DNA from: Chrysomallon squamiferum
Taxonomy: Eukaryota; Animalia; Mollusca
DNA length: 64,000 nucleotides
Reading direction: 5' to 3'
Assembly (NCBI GenBank): GCA_012295275.1
Contig: CM022679.1
Span: 26,412,001-26,476,000 of the forward strand
Notes under the pieces: model-generated
What the model was told of the DNA's origin: nothing
The model's database searches: none
Seen by the model: only the letters and a program-made list of their open reading frames with translations
In this document: piece after piece, positions 11,617 through 29,509 of the stretch
Layout: each line of letters opens with the position of its first letter
Numbering within the stretch: the stretch's first letter is position 1
Translations under genes and position numbers: made by a program

Positions 11617-12830
11617 TTCGGTTGTCATTGTTACAAATTATGCTAAACACAGCGTCTGAGGTATTATCTCATCTAACAAAGTTCGAATGTTGTCAACGTC
11701 TGTATGAGATATCATGTTTTATCATTATTATAGAAATGTAAACATATTAAAAATAATCTCTCTGTGAACGTTGTCTACAGTGATTTAAAAAAATATTTCT
11801 TTAGCTGTATTATATTCAGAATGACCTGGTTGCTATGTTATTATATTAATGATTAAAATAATAATAACACAAATATTCCATATCTATAATCAATACAACA
11901 GCTGTTAGCTCTAAGCGAGTAACAGGTTTAAGGAGGTGACACAGCGTTAGTGTATTTGTCAGTATTACTCTTATCTAACTCGTAAAACACTGGGTACACA
12001 AACACACGATGATAAAGTTCACTTAATAATATTAACTTTTCATACAGATATAATAATAGTATCTTGATAGGACTAGATATCACACGTATGTTACCCAGCT
12101 TAAACGTAATTACTCCTGGTTTTGCATAACCCTGTATAATCCCGAAGCCATATATGTATATATAAAGAATGTCTTTTTAGAGAACGAAAATACAACAATA
12201 CAATAGAGCGGACCTCAACAGAGCAAAACAAGTATTAACAAACAAATTCCTGGAAATAACGAAGATCTTCTCATAGACAAGAAAATACCACAAATTTTGA
12301 TGAATAATCTTGGTGATGACTTCGAAAAAGGTAAAGTTCCTTTCGCTCGGAAAAGTTGTAAATGACAATTTTCAAAGATGTATTGTGTTGTAGATTTATT
12401 TTACTCATTTTTGATACTTAATGAGAAAAATGAATATGTAAAAACATGCCGTTGTTGTTAAGTTAATAACAAATGATTTCTACAGATTTCACTTTAAACA
12501 CGTAAACACACCGTTCTTTATACTTTAAGTTATCATTTTATAATTGTAACCAATAATAGCTCACTGCAATCTGTAATAATAAAAAAAATGTATAAAACAT
12601 TTACATCGTCAGTGTAAGACGTCGCACCTGGAGTAAACTACATCAGCGTTGTAGTTTTAACCTTTCAGTGTTACATCAACGTATTTTAATGTTTGATAGA
12701 TATGAACTGCTAATTTGCTTTTATATATTCAAACAGGTAACCTGGAATGATACCGTACAGAAGATATGTTTAACCTGCTCCTAAAAATATTTCTTGAGCG
12801 GAATTCCACGTCATTTTAATATGACCCACA

Positions 12831-15329
12831 ATGGCTGAAAGCTGTGTTGTACCATTAATAGAAATTCGAGACGAGTTTGTTATTTGTGAAATTTGTTTCG
12901 AGTGTTTTAACGACCGAGATAAACTACCACGTATTTTACCATGTCACCATAGCTTTTGTTGTCAATGTTTGATATCAGTATGGAAGAATTCGCCAGAGGG
13001 AATAACATGTCCCAACTGTCGACAAATATGGCCTGTTCAGAATAATATCGAGAAAACATTTCCACAAAACACAGTATTGACAGATTTGATGGAATATATA
13101 AGAATTAAGAATAATCCTGGTGAAATATTATGTCATGACTGTCCAGACAGGTCCACAGCAATAGCTTATTGCCTCACTTGTTGCGAGTACAGGTGTGAAA
13201 GATGTAGAGCTTGTCACACCAAATTCTCAAGTACAAAACACCATAAAACAGTGGATATATCACAGCTGGCAGAAATTCCACAGTCTGAATTTTTCCAGAG
13301 AAAGGATATCTGTACAAATCACGAAAATATGAAAGTTGATGTTTACTGCAAGACGTGCTGTACAGCTGTCTGCTCTACGTGTGCACTTTTGTCTCACAAA
13401 GATCACGAAATTTGTAATCTGAAAGATGTCTACAGCGATAAGAAGGAAAAGATGAAATCCACTTTATGTCAGTTACAGATGTCCATAGAAAAATCTAAGT
13501 CGTACACTGATAAACTGACTAAAGAAAAACAAACGCTGGAAAAGATAAGAAAACGAAGTCTAATGAAAATAGACGAAGCCAGTAAAAAAATCATTAAAAA
13601 GATTCAAGATCTGACACTGCAATTCAAAAACGAAGTGTGTAGAAATGTTGACAAACAGAAATGTCTTCGAGATGAACAGATAAAAGTGGTGACTCCGTCG
13701 ATAAATGAGAAAAGTGAACATCTTCTACGCTGTCAACAAGACTTGCAGTTCGCACGTCAAGCCGAATTTACTGAAATGTTTGAGTGTCTGGAAAACAAAA
13801 CAACAACTTTGATCAAGAGTTCAGAACTAGTAGATTTAAAGATAGACAAAATCGAATTACAGTTGGATGTATTTAAACGTATTGATAATGTCATAAAGAA
13901 GACTGCAGTGATGTTTGACAAGTCAGAGATGATACCCTGTATTGAGATGACAGACGCTATTGTAGAACGAGAATCTTGCGTTCTCAAAGTCAGACTCATC
14001 TCAAAGAAAAACAAATCACAGTCAGAAGCTGTTATTGAAACTCCTGGTCAAAGGCACGAAACTCATAGAAAACGTCTAACAACGTCCATTTGTGGAAAAC
14101 TGCTTTACATGCCGCTAACACTCGGTCTTCACAAGACTTCAGTCAGTGTTGATAGTTTTTACATTGAACATGACAGTCTCACATTTCACAGCAGAGAGGA
14201 GAGTTAGTATTTCAATCTGTGTTTTTGTAGTTGTGATACAAAATACCAAACTGAGAAAAAATACACACACACATTCACATACACACCCTCCCCCACATAA
14301 GCCCCCAACATAGCTAGATAGATATTGTTTAAAATCAAATAAAATAATGTCAAATAAAATAAAAGGAAATAAAACAACGAATAATTCGTTTTCTGTTTTC
14401 AGCTGTTTAAAAATGTTAAACTTTTCAATCTCAAACTATATGACATTTTCTGCCTATGTTGTTTTACTTAAACGATTCACTGCCATGTATGGGACCGTTT
14501 TAAATGACTTCTTTCACATTAACAAATATTATTATCGTTATTGTTTATTTTAGATGCTGAACTGACGAGAAAAGTTCTGATTGGACTTAACGAGCAATCC
14601 AACACGTTTACTGAAGTATTGTGTGAGTGCAACATATTTAAATTTCGTTTATGCATTAACTGAGAAATATATTTATTAATTTACATTAATTGCATGTCTT
14701 TCCATCCAAAAAATGATATGCACACATATGATGATAGATATATATGCATATTATTTATTTTTTCAGTACCCAACGTACAGTTTGATCAAAATGCCTTAAA
14801 CTGGAAGTATTGTAAGATCACAGATTGTGGTGAATTGATCAACATATCTTCACCACTGCCTGACACAGAACAGACCTCTTCACTTAAAACTCTGATAGGC
14901 GCCACAGGAAACAAGACTTTTCATCATCCAGGCTGTTATTACTGGCAGACTGATGTTGTGTGTAAAGTCCTGTCAAAGGCAGAACTTCACAAAGTAGCAG
15001 CTCAAATCGGTGTTTGTACACATCAAAATGACGACGAAGCACAGCTAATTTCAGAAAACAGACACGCCTGGTGTGTAAGTGTTGACACCTGTAGAAACCA
15101 CAACAGTCTGTGTTTAGACGTTCATTCGCTTCGGAAGGAAATATCTGACAAACCCGTTGCAGATTTTAAAAAGAAGAAACAATTCACTGTGAATCTTGGG
15201 TTGCTGCTTGAAACAAAAAACAGAAAGCTTCACATTTTTCTTTTACATGAAAACAAATGTGAATACAGTATTCCTCATATCGATGTTTCAAAGCCTCTGA
15301 TACCAGCATTTGGTGTCCACAATTCCTGA
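12831..15329 (+). CDS. TRIM E3 ubiquitin ligase copy 2 (same architecture, single B30.2 exon, C-terminal frameshift)
   Basis: Exons 12831-14202, 14554-14622, 14767-15329, same sizes and phases as copy 1. An extra T at about 15323 (CACAATTCCTGA vs CACAATCCTGAT) gives TGA at 15327-15329 (667 aa); the ancestral stop is at 15418-15420. Confidence 0.88.
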
Positions 15330-15650
15330 TATGTTTTGTGTTAAACTGAAAGTTGTTTCTGCTCATGATGTGTCTCTAAACGATGAGTTACTAAAATTAA
15401 TCTCTAATTTACTTAAATAATAAAATTATTCTATAATTGACAACAAATCTATTTTTATGTTCATGATTTGTTCGCGATTTGTTTTCATATTTTCCTCTAT
15501 TTCTTCGTGCATTATAATGTTAAATGATAAATATATTTGTTTTATTGCTGAGTTTGATGTCTGTATTTGGTGTCTACGATCTTATTTTGTTTATGTCAAA
15601 GTGAAAGTTGTTTGTAGAGAGAAATTGTCAGTGAGTCTTGTTATTCTGCC

Positions 15651-16092
15651 GTTAATCTCAGCTTGTCTTCAGTAACAGTTCTTGTCACTGAGTGGTGAGA
15701 GTCTAACGTTAATCTCAGCTTGTCTTCAGTAACAGTTCTTGTCACTGAGTGGTGAGAGTCCAACGTTAATCTCAGCTTGTCTTCAGTAACAGTTCTTGTC
15801 ACTGAGTGGTGAGAGTCTAACGTTAATCTCAGCTTGTCTTCAGTAACAGTTCTTGTCACTGAGTGGTGAGAGTCTAACGTTAATCTCAGCTTGTCTTCAG
15901 TAACAGTTCTAGTCACTGAGTGGTGAGAGTCTAACGTTAATCTCAGTAACAGTTCTTGTCTTCAGTAACAGTTCTTGTCACTGAGTGGTGAGAGTTTAAC
16001 GTTAATCTCTTGTCTTGTCTTCTAAGTAACAGCTTGTCTTCAGTAACAGTTCTTGTTACTGAGTGGTGAGAGTCCAACGTTAATCTCAGCTT
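15651..16092. repeat. 57-bp minisatellite, about 7-8 copies
   Basis: Unit GTTAATCTCAGCTTGTCTTCAGTAACAGTTCTTGTCACTGAGTGGTGAGAGTCTAAC starts at 15651, 15708, 15765, 15822, 15879; later copies are rearranged. Confidence 0.95.
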
Positions 16093-17079
16093 AACTGTTT
16101 GTCTGTTCTTCTGCATGTTATTTAGTTCACTGCTTTTTTATTTATTTGTTATTTATTATTTATTTACTTTTTTGTTTATTTTGTTTTTGTCTGTTTTATG
16201 TATTTTGTTTATTTTAAATTTTATTTTATTTTGTTTATTTTTTATTTATCTATATTTTATTTGTTTGTTTTATGATTTTATTTAATTAGTTATTATTTCT
16301 TTGTATTTTTATTTAATATTTATTTGTTTTTATTATTTGTTACTTTACTTATTAACTTAATTATTTATTCAGTTGTTCATTTGTTGTTATTTCTGTTTAA
16401 GAATTAATTAATATAGTTAGCTTTTTATGTATTGGTTTATTTGTTTGCTTAAATAATATTAAAAAAATACAAGGTTTTTTTTTTTTTTTGAAGACAACTT
16501 TTCTAAGTCTTGCTCAATAATTTCTGTAAATTTCTTTTTACTTTATGATGTCATGACAAGAAATAAAATGTCAGTCTTCAAGCATTTACGAATTTTGTTT
16601 CTTTTATTCACATGATTTAATATTAGGAAATATTTGTCACAATTTACAAAAACCTGAACGTTTTGAAACGATAAAGATTAAATTTCATACACAGAAGATT
16701 ATATGGTTGATTATATGTGAAAGGTGATATATATCATTATTTGGTGCTGCTGTAACTACAAAATTTTCAAAGTATAATAATAATAATATTACTTACAAGT
16801 AGAACAACAATGATGTTGATGGTATGGTGGTGGTGATAATAAAGATGTTGAGGTTCATTTTAACTGTGACAATAATGATGATCTTCATCATTATTATCAT
16901 GAAAGTGTGGTCGTGATTTTGAGGTTGAAGAACATCATCATGTATCATATCTATCATATCTATAATCATTCATTAATTTGTATTTTAGTTAAATATATAT
17001 ACACATATTTATTATAGTAAAAAAATATATACATATTTTTATTAGAAATCGGTCATTCACAGACCCACGTATTAACACA

Positions 17080-22124
<5,045 letters not shown>

Positions 22125-22264
22125 GGTGTGTCTGACGTGAGTGATGTCTGCGAAAAACCCAATAAATAAATGAATAAATAAATTTAAAATAGGTAGTAGT
22201 GAATACAGCCATTAAATGTTCAGACATATTGGTACTTACACATACACATATTCACGCATACTAT

Positions 22265-22321
<57 letters not shown>

Positions 22322-25199
22322 TATACATACATAGACACATCTGAGTTTAAAGGATATAATTATATAACCATTCCGATAGAGATCTGTCATTCCTATCAAA
22401 CAACGATTTTGGATGATAACTAACAAACTAAATAACCGAATAAATAACTAAATAAAGCTGTAAAAGGAACAAAAACATTCAAAATACTTCTAGCAATAAT
22501 AACAAAAAGAACCAAAAAAAAAAACAACCAAGAGAACTAATTAAAATGAAAAAAAAAATCAGCTTAAAATTCACACAGCAATAACTCTATTTTCTTTCCT
22601 TTTTTTTATTTTTTTCGTTTTCCTTTAGACATTCACTGATAGACTTTTGTTTTTAATCTTTTGTCATCGATGATAAAATTTTGGCACAATTTTGCCTCTG
22701 GGTGATATTCTGTTCACCTAACACGTACCAAAATTACCCCGAGCTACTTTTTTCCTAATGACATTCTCCTCACATGTAAGTCCAAGGGCTTTTCTTTTGC
22801 GCGTGTTCATCAAACTGGAACGACATTGTTAGAAAGTACGGTATACGTTTTATTTATTTACATACCTGTTTGCTTCCTTGTATGTTACTTACTCGTCTGC
22901 CGTTATCATTACTTTTTATTATTAATGTTAGTAATAGTAGTAATGGTGATGTAGTAGTAGCAGTAGTAGTTGTTGTTGTTGTTATTCTAGTGGTGATAGT
23001 AGTATTAGTTTTTTAATTGTTATTGTTTAAATATTAGTAGTGGTACATGCATACATACATACATACATGCTACATACACAGGTAGATCTACATAGATATA
23101 TATACACACACATATATTATCATATCAAAATACATGCATACATACATACATATATATACACAAACACATATACATACATATATATATATAGATATATGTA
23201 CAAACACACACACACACATCCATATACACATAAAAACATGCATTTAAACATGTGCATAAGTACACCCATACATACATATCCACATACATACAGACATACA
23301 GAGAGGCAAACATACAAATATATATATATATATATACACAGACGTGCACAAAATATAATTCGTTGAACATCTGCTGTAAAGCTGTTCAGCTCTATGCCAC
23401 GTGACTGGGTTAATCTATCGATTTTATTCGTAATTATTCGATTTTACACTTACAGTCTTTGTAACGATCTCTTTGTGACCCACTTTAAGTACACCGCACT
23501 AAACACAGTAATAAAATAAAACACTAAAATAATAACAGTAATAAAATAAAATAAAATGTTGTATACAAAGACGTACTGGTTTCTGCCATTTATAAACAGA
23601 CAGAAGTAGACAGATGGAAGGATAGACAGATAAGTAGATAGAATAGATAGACAGACAGACACACACACAGACAGACAGATAGATAGACAGATAGATAGAT
23701 AGATAGACATAAGACAGACAGACAGATAGATAGACAGACAGACAGACAGATAGAGACAGACACAGAGAAAAATCGTAATCGTCTTATTCTGGATTTATTT
23801 TTGTTATTTTTTATTTTTTTTTTATGGTTGTTGTTGTTGTTTGCTGTTGTTTTTGTTATTTTTATTTTTATTTATTTATTTTCTATCTTTCGGGCATTAG
23901 CAAAGAGTTATTTTAAAAGCACCTTCCCACTGAAAGCACACATACTCGGCTTTTGATAAACTAATCTACGGAAAACGTCTGCAACGGAAACTAACGAAGT
24001 GAGGCACTGCATTATCACTAACCTACATCATCCCATCATTCAGTTTAAAACTAACATGAACATAATATTATATTTTACACTAAACTCCTCACACGAACTG
24101 TTATATCAATTAGTTTATTGTGTTTTGTTCGTGGCTTGCTGTATATCCGGCGTTATCGTTTAAGTTTGGAGGTGTCTGATATCTAAAACGTTGTACTCGC
24201 GACTTGCTGTACTAGAATCAGAAGGAAATATGATATATCAGGCTGCAGATTTCTCTAATTCAAGTATAAGTGGTTGAGAGAAATCACAGTTGGGCGTTAT
24301 CAGAAGCAAATGTAAAGCAGATATAAATCAATTGAACATATGTTGTCAAATTTATAATCATGAAGCAGGCGGGTCTAGGGGAGACAATGCGGCTTTTAAT
24401 CTGCATCCCTGTTCTTGTGCATCAAACTGACATATTTAATTTAGTAACAGTAGTGATAGCAGTAGTGGTAGCGCTGTTGCTGGTAATAACAGTAGTAGTA
24501 GGATGAGGAGGATGAGGAGGAAGGAGTAATAGTAGAAGTAGTAGCAGTATTAATGGTAATAATGGTAGTAGTAGTAGTAGTTGTTGTTGTTGTTGTTGTA
24601 GCAGAGATAATGATATAGTATAAATTGTGCCAATACGTCTTTGCAGTATTAGAATTAGTAGTAATATTGTAGAAGCAGGTGTTGTTATTGTAGTGATAGT
24701 AGTAGAAGTAGTAATGATAGCAGTAGCGATGGCAGTAATCGTAGTAGTCGTAGTAATACTAGTAGTAGTAGTAGAACGAGTGGTAATGATAGTAGAAATA
24801 GTAGCAGTAGTAACAGTGCCAATACTTCTTTGTCATATTAGTAGTAGTAGCTGTTGTTGTTGTTGTAGTTGTGGATCACAGAGTAGTAGTTGTGGATAAA
24901 GAGTAGTAGTTGTAGTAGTAGTAGCAGCAGCAGTACTTGTAATAGCAACAACAAAAGTACTTAATAAGATATATTTGAACTACCACTTCATTTTATTCTA
25001 TGAATACTATACCACGACAGAAAGAACGTTCACTTCAAATCTGTATTTACCAGAAGCTTTTATCAACAAACAATCACATCATAGTGCTTCTAAGTTTTAT
25101 GTACGTCTTACCGCTATAAAACTTAGAAAGATAAACAAAATATAGTTGACATATACGTTCCACAATCACAAATATTCTATCATTATTAATATTCCGCCA

Positions 25200-25480
25200 T
25201 TATAAACATACCTAAAGAACAGTTTTTTTTTTTTTTAGTTGTTTTTTTTTAAAGTCAGAATGTCAACCTACCTTACAAAGACGTACAGCCATGAAAGTCA
25301 ACACGCTGGAATGAGAGTCAGCTTTCGTCAATCATTGCCAGTTTTATGGAGCAATTCGATTTTTACCTGGTGTTTACCTCGCGGCAGATGTTGTTAACAT
25401 AAAATAACCTGAGGTTGTGTTAACGAGATAAGGACGCTGGATATACTCAGTCCCGCCCGTGGCTTCAAAGTGTTCATGAT
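25200..25480 (-). promoter_or_regulatory. Possible promoter or 5' non-coding exon of the sulfotransferase
   Basis: CpG-containing island with a GC box (CCCGCCC, about 25452) and minus-strand donor-like sites (AAG|GTAGGT about 25271; TAG|GTATGT about 25211); acceptor tttttcgcAG at about 22148 just upstream of the ATG. Confidence 0.3.
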
Positions 25481-25611
25481 CGCGATTATTATTATTCTAC
25501 TTCCTTTTTTTTTTTTTTTTTTTTCTTTTGAAGTATAGTACACCCATGATTAAACACACTAATAGGAGCGAAGGTAAATAACGTTGTTCACGAACCCAGT
25601 TAATTATTGTG

Positions 25612-26045
25612 ATATAAAATATTTTAAAATCATAACCAACAATTTTAAATAATGTGATATGAAATAGTTTCAAATCATAACCAACAAATTATAACCAACA
25701 ATTTCAAATACTGTAACATAAAATATTTTAAAATCATAACCAACAATTTTAAATGCTGTGACATAAAATATTTTAAAATCATAACCAACAATTTTAAATG
25801 CTGTGGCATAAAATATTTTAAAATCATAACCAACAATTTTAAATGCTGTGACATAAAATATTTTAAAATCATAACCAACAATTTTAAATGCTGTGGCATA
25901 AAATATTTTAAAATCATAACCAACAATTTTAAATGCTGTGACATAAAATATTTTAAAATCATAACCAACAATTTCAAATGCTGTGACATAAAATATTTTA
26001 AAATCATAACCAACAATTTTAAATACTCTGATATGAAATATTTTA
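25612..26045. repeat. 45-bp AT-rich minisatellite, about 9 copies
   Basis: Unit AAAATATTTTAAAATCATAACCAACAATTTTAAATGCTGTGACAT; gives the 15-aa periodic ORF 25675-26016. Confidence 0.95.
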
Positions 26046-26222
26046 TATAGTCACTATTTTTTAGTCTGAACTTTTAACAAACCAAGAAAGAGATGCAACT
26101 GACGTGGCAGTAGAAAGTTTAATTAATAAAAATACTGATATATAAATATTTTAACTTAATTACGATAATCAAACGGTTACACAGAAACTGAGTAATGAGT
26201 TAGTGTGGTTCACGCGTCTTAA

Positions 26223-26336
<114 letters not shown>

Positions 26337-26919
26337 TATATATATATTCACACATATATTTCGTTAAGAATACTCTCGATAATTTGCAAAAGGTTCAGGT
26401 TTCGGTTCCAACTGAATTATTGTCCATATCTCACTAAGTTCGCTGAACCGATGTCTGTTAATCAAGGGTTTACTGTACTGCTAATATAATTGTTTTACAA
26501 GACGTAATGTAGTTCAGCTATTAATAGTGATAGTTAATGATATGGTAAAAGCTATGGTTACGTCATAAGCAACCCGGGGTCTATTATATTGTTTTGATAC
26601 ACAGTCGGAAAGCTTTTAGGAATCTCTGTATATTTATATATACTAGCGAGCTCCACTTAGTTTCGATGCAGTAGATAAAATTTCATCATGGACGTTTCAT
26701 AATTACGTATTATTTCCTCATACATATTAAACTGCCCAGGGTTAGCGATATATCGTTATAATTGTTTTTATTTATTTATTTTTTTTTTTTTTTTTTTTTT
26801 ATTTATAATATTATTTTAAACCTGATCAGCAAAATGAATATTTGCATAGCAACATTTCAATAAACGATTTTAACAGCTGTAATAAATAGCTTAGCCAAAA
26901 TCATTAATCAAAAATGTGT

Positions 26920-26952
26920 ATAGCTCGGTTTTGTTTTTTTAGTGGGAGGGAG

Positions 26953-26998
<46 letters not shown>

Positions 26999-27000
26999 AT

Positions 27001-27045
<45 letters not shown>

Positions 27046-27192
27046 TGTGTGTGTGTGTGTGTGTGTGTGTTTGTGTAGCTCGGGTTTTTTTTAGTGGGAG
27101 GTTTTGAGTTGTGTGTGTGTGTGTGCATGAATGTGTGTGTGCTGTGTGTGTGTGTGTGTGTCTGTGTGTGTGTGTGCATGTGTGTGTGTGTG
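26920..27192. repeat. (TG)n compound microsatellite with a duplicated spacer
   Basis: TAGCTCGG..TTTTTTAGTGGGAGG..GAGTTGTGTG occurs twice (about 26921 and 27076), each followed by a TG tract. Confidence 0.85.
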
Positions 27193-29509
27193 TTTAATGG
27201 TCTGGCAAATTATGCTTCTTGATTTGAAAATGCTATTCTTATCAGAGGTGGATTCGTTTTTCGAGGCCAATCGATTGGTCTGAACCAATATTAACCTAAC
27301 TCTTCGCTTCCTGGCTTCGCTCTTCTTCTCACAATCAAGGAAAATTGGCAGGAAAATTATCGTGGAAGCATGCTTGTTAACATTTACATAACCGATATTG
27401 CTTGTCTCTCAGGCTCGTTCCAATTGCTATTGATTATTTGCTGTTCAAAGATCCGAGGACTCTGTCACTAAATCTCAGTGATTTCTTTAAAGATGAAATC
27501 ATTTTTTTTTTTTTTTTTATTATTATTATTATTTTTTTTTTTTTTTAACGCAAAATACAACAAAACACTATTATTTCTACCTCAACAACAACAACAACAT
27601 AATAATTATTATTATTAGTAGAAATAATAATGGTGATGACAATGCTGATGATTATTATGGTGACGCTGGTGAAGATGATAATGATGATGATGATGATGAA
27701 GATGGTGATGATGAAGATGACGATGATGATGATGATGATAAACACATAACCGTATACATTTCTGTATCCATCTGTGACTGAGTATATGAAATATGTCTCT
27801 GAGGCAGCGAGTAAAATAGAACAGGAGTTTTCTAAACAAACGTTTACATTGCTGTAATAGAGTGTGCCTGTCAAAGAAAAATTAATGACTTCGTTTAGAA
27901 GAAAAAAAGGAATGGAGAATAAAATAATAATTAAATGCCCATTCACGTGTGATGTGGAATAAAATGCAAACAGCAGAAGAAAATCATGTAATATAAAAAA
28001 GAGAGAGGATTTCTGGAAATAAATAAATTTAGAGATGCAGACAGTGTAAGAAAATGACAGACAGACAGAGACAGATGAGTAGTTAGATAAATAGACACAG
28101 ATGTATACATATATAGATAACGAGACACAAGCAGAGAGAGAGAGAGAGAGAGAGAAGTAGATAAGTAGATAGAAAAGTAGGTAGACAGACTGATAGATAT
28201 ATAAATAGAAAGATAAGTAGGTATGTAAGTAGGTAGGTAGGTAGATAGATAAATAGACACAGATGTATAGATATATAGATAAAGAGTCAGAGAGAGCGAG
28301 AGAGAGAGAGAGATAAAACTAAGTAGATAGATAGATAGGTAGAAAGATAGAAGACATTGATAAGTCAGTTGAATAGTAGATAGGTAAACAAACAAAAGAT
28401 ATGCAGGTAGACAGAAAGGAAGGCAGATAGATGCTCAGATAGACAGACAGGCAGACAAACATACAGATAGATAAATAGACAAGTTTGTTCGCGACCTACT
28501 GGTCTAAATAGCTGTATCGATTCAAGCATTTTGCTCTTTTTTAGGAGCATCAAAACAACAAATAATTTTCTTTATTTTTTAATTTTTATCAGGAACCATT
28601 GATATCTGCTTGTTATTATCCTCTATCGATGTATAAACGCGATTTAATGTTTTTATTTCGTGTTGTCTAAATATAAAACTGAATCTGCAAAGACGTTCAA
28701 TATCACAAGTGCGACGAACACGGTGATGTTGCTACGCTGTCAAGCGTATATAATATTTCATAGTTATTTAATTCCGATATCGCAATAAATAAGATTTGAT
28801 ATTTTATATTCCACGCTCGTGCTGAAAGACATAAACTGGTTCCCTGCGCTGCGGTTAGACTGGTTTATTAGAATGATCGATATTGCAAATCTTTTTTCTT
28901 GTCACAAACGTTCAACAATATGGAAATAATGGCCATTTAGTCAGCAGTATCCAGCAAAGCAGACGCCAAACGCAATATCTTTAGGGCGGCCTCTCGAGAG
29001 TAATGTTTTTAGTCTGACAAACCATACGAGAATCTAATTATTTCAATAAAAACAGTTCCCTTTGGGTTTACTTCGGTTTAGTTAGAGATACCAAATGTCG
29101 CAGTATTTGTTAGCTAGTACCACGCGTATGTAGAAATATTAGTATCAGAAGTAGTAGTTGAAGTCGAAGTAGTGACAGAAATAGAAGTAATATGACATTT
29201 ATAATGGTTTTTGGTAATTTAATAATAGAAATTTTTTTGTTCCAAATGAAGAATTTACGGTGCTGTTTTAAGTAACAGTCGCAACAGTAATAAATCTAAT
29301 AGCATTTGAAGCAGAAATCCTTAGTATGATTATCTCTAATACACAGATTTGACTCAAAAATAAAATAAGGAAGCTGAATGTCTTATTATTATATGTGAGA
29401 CAAAGGAATCAAACATTCTGTGTATGAAGGACAGGAAGTAGGTGTATGCAAGAAAAAGTATTTGAATGTGTGAATAAAACACGAGTTAAACTGATTTCAT
29501 GTAAAACTT

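Noticed and set aside
15641-15916. ORF with perfect 19-aa repeats (TRTVTEDKLRLTLDSHHSV); also considered as a CRISPR-like array
   Set aside because: Translation of a 57-bp minisatellite; units are contiguous with no unique spacers, later units break the frame, and the context is eukaryotic
25675-26016. ORF with 15-aa repeats (LLVMILKYFMSQHLK)
   Set aside because: By-product of a 45-bp AT-rich minisatellite; no splice or domain support
26370-26480. Mariner-MITE-like end (TACAGTAAACCCTTGATTAAC on the minus strand)
   Set aside because: No matching second terminus found, so no element can be delimited
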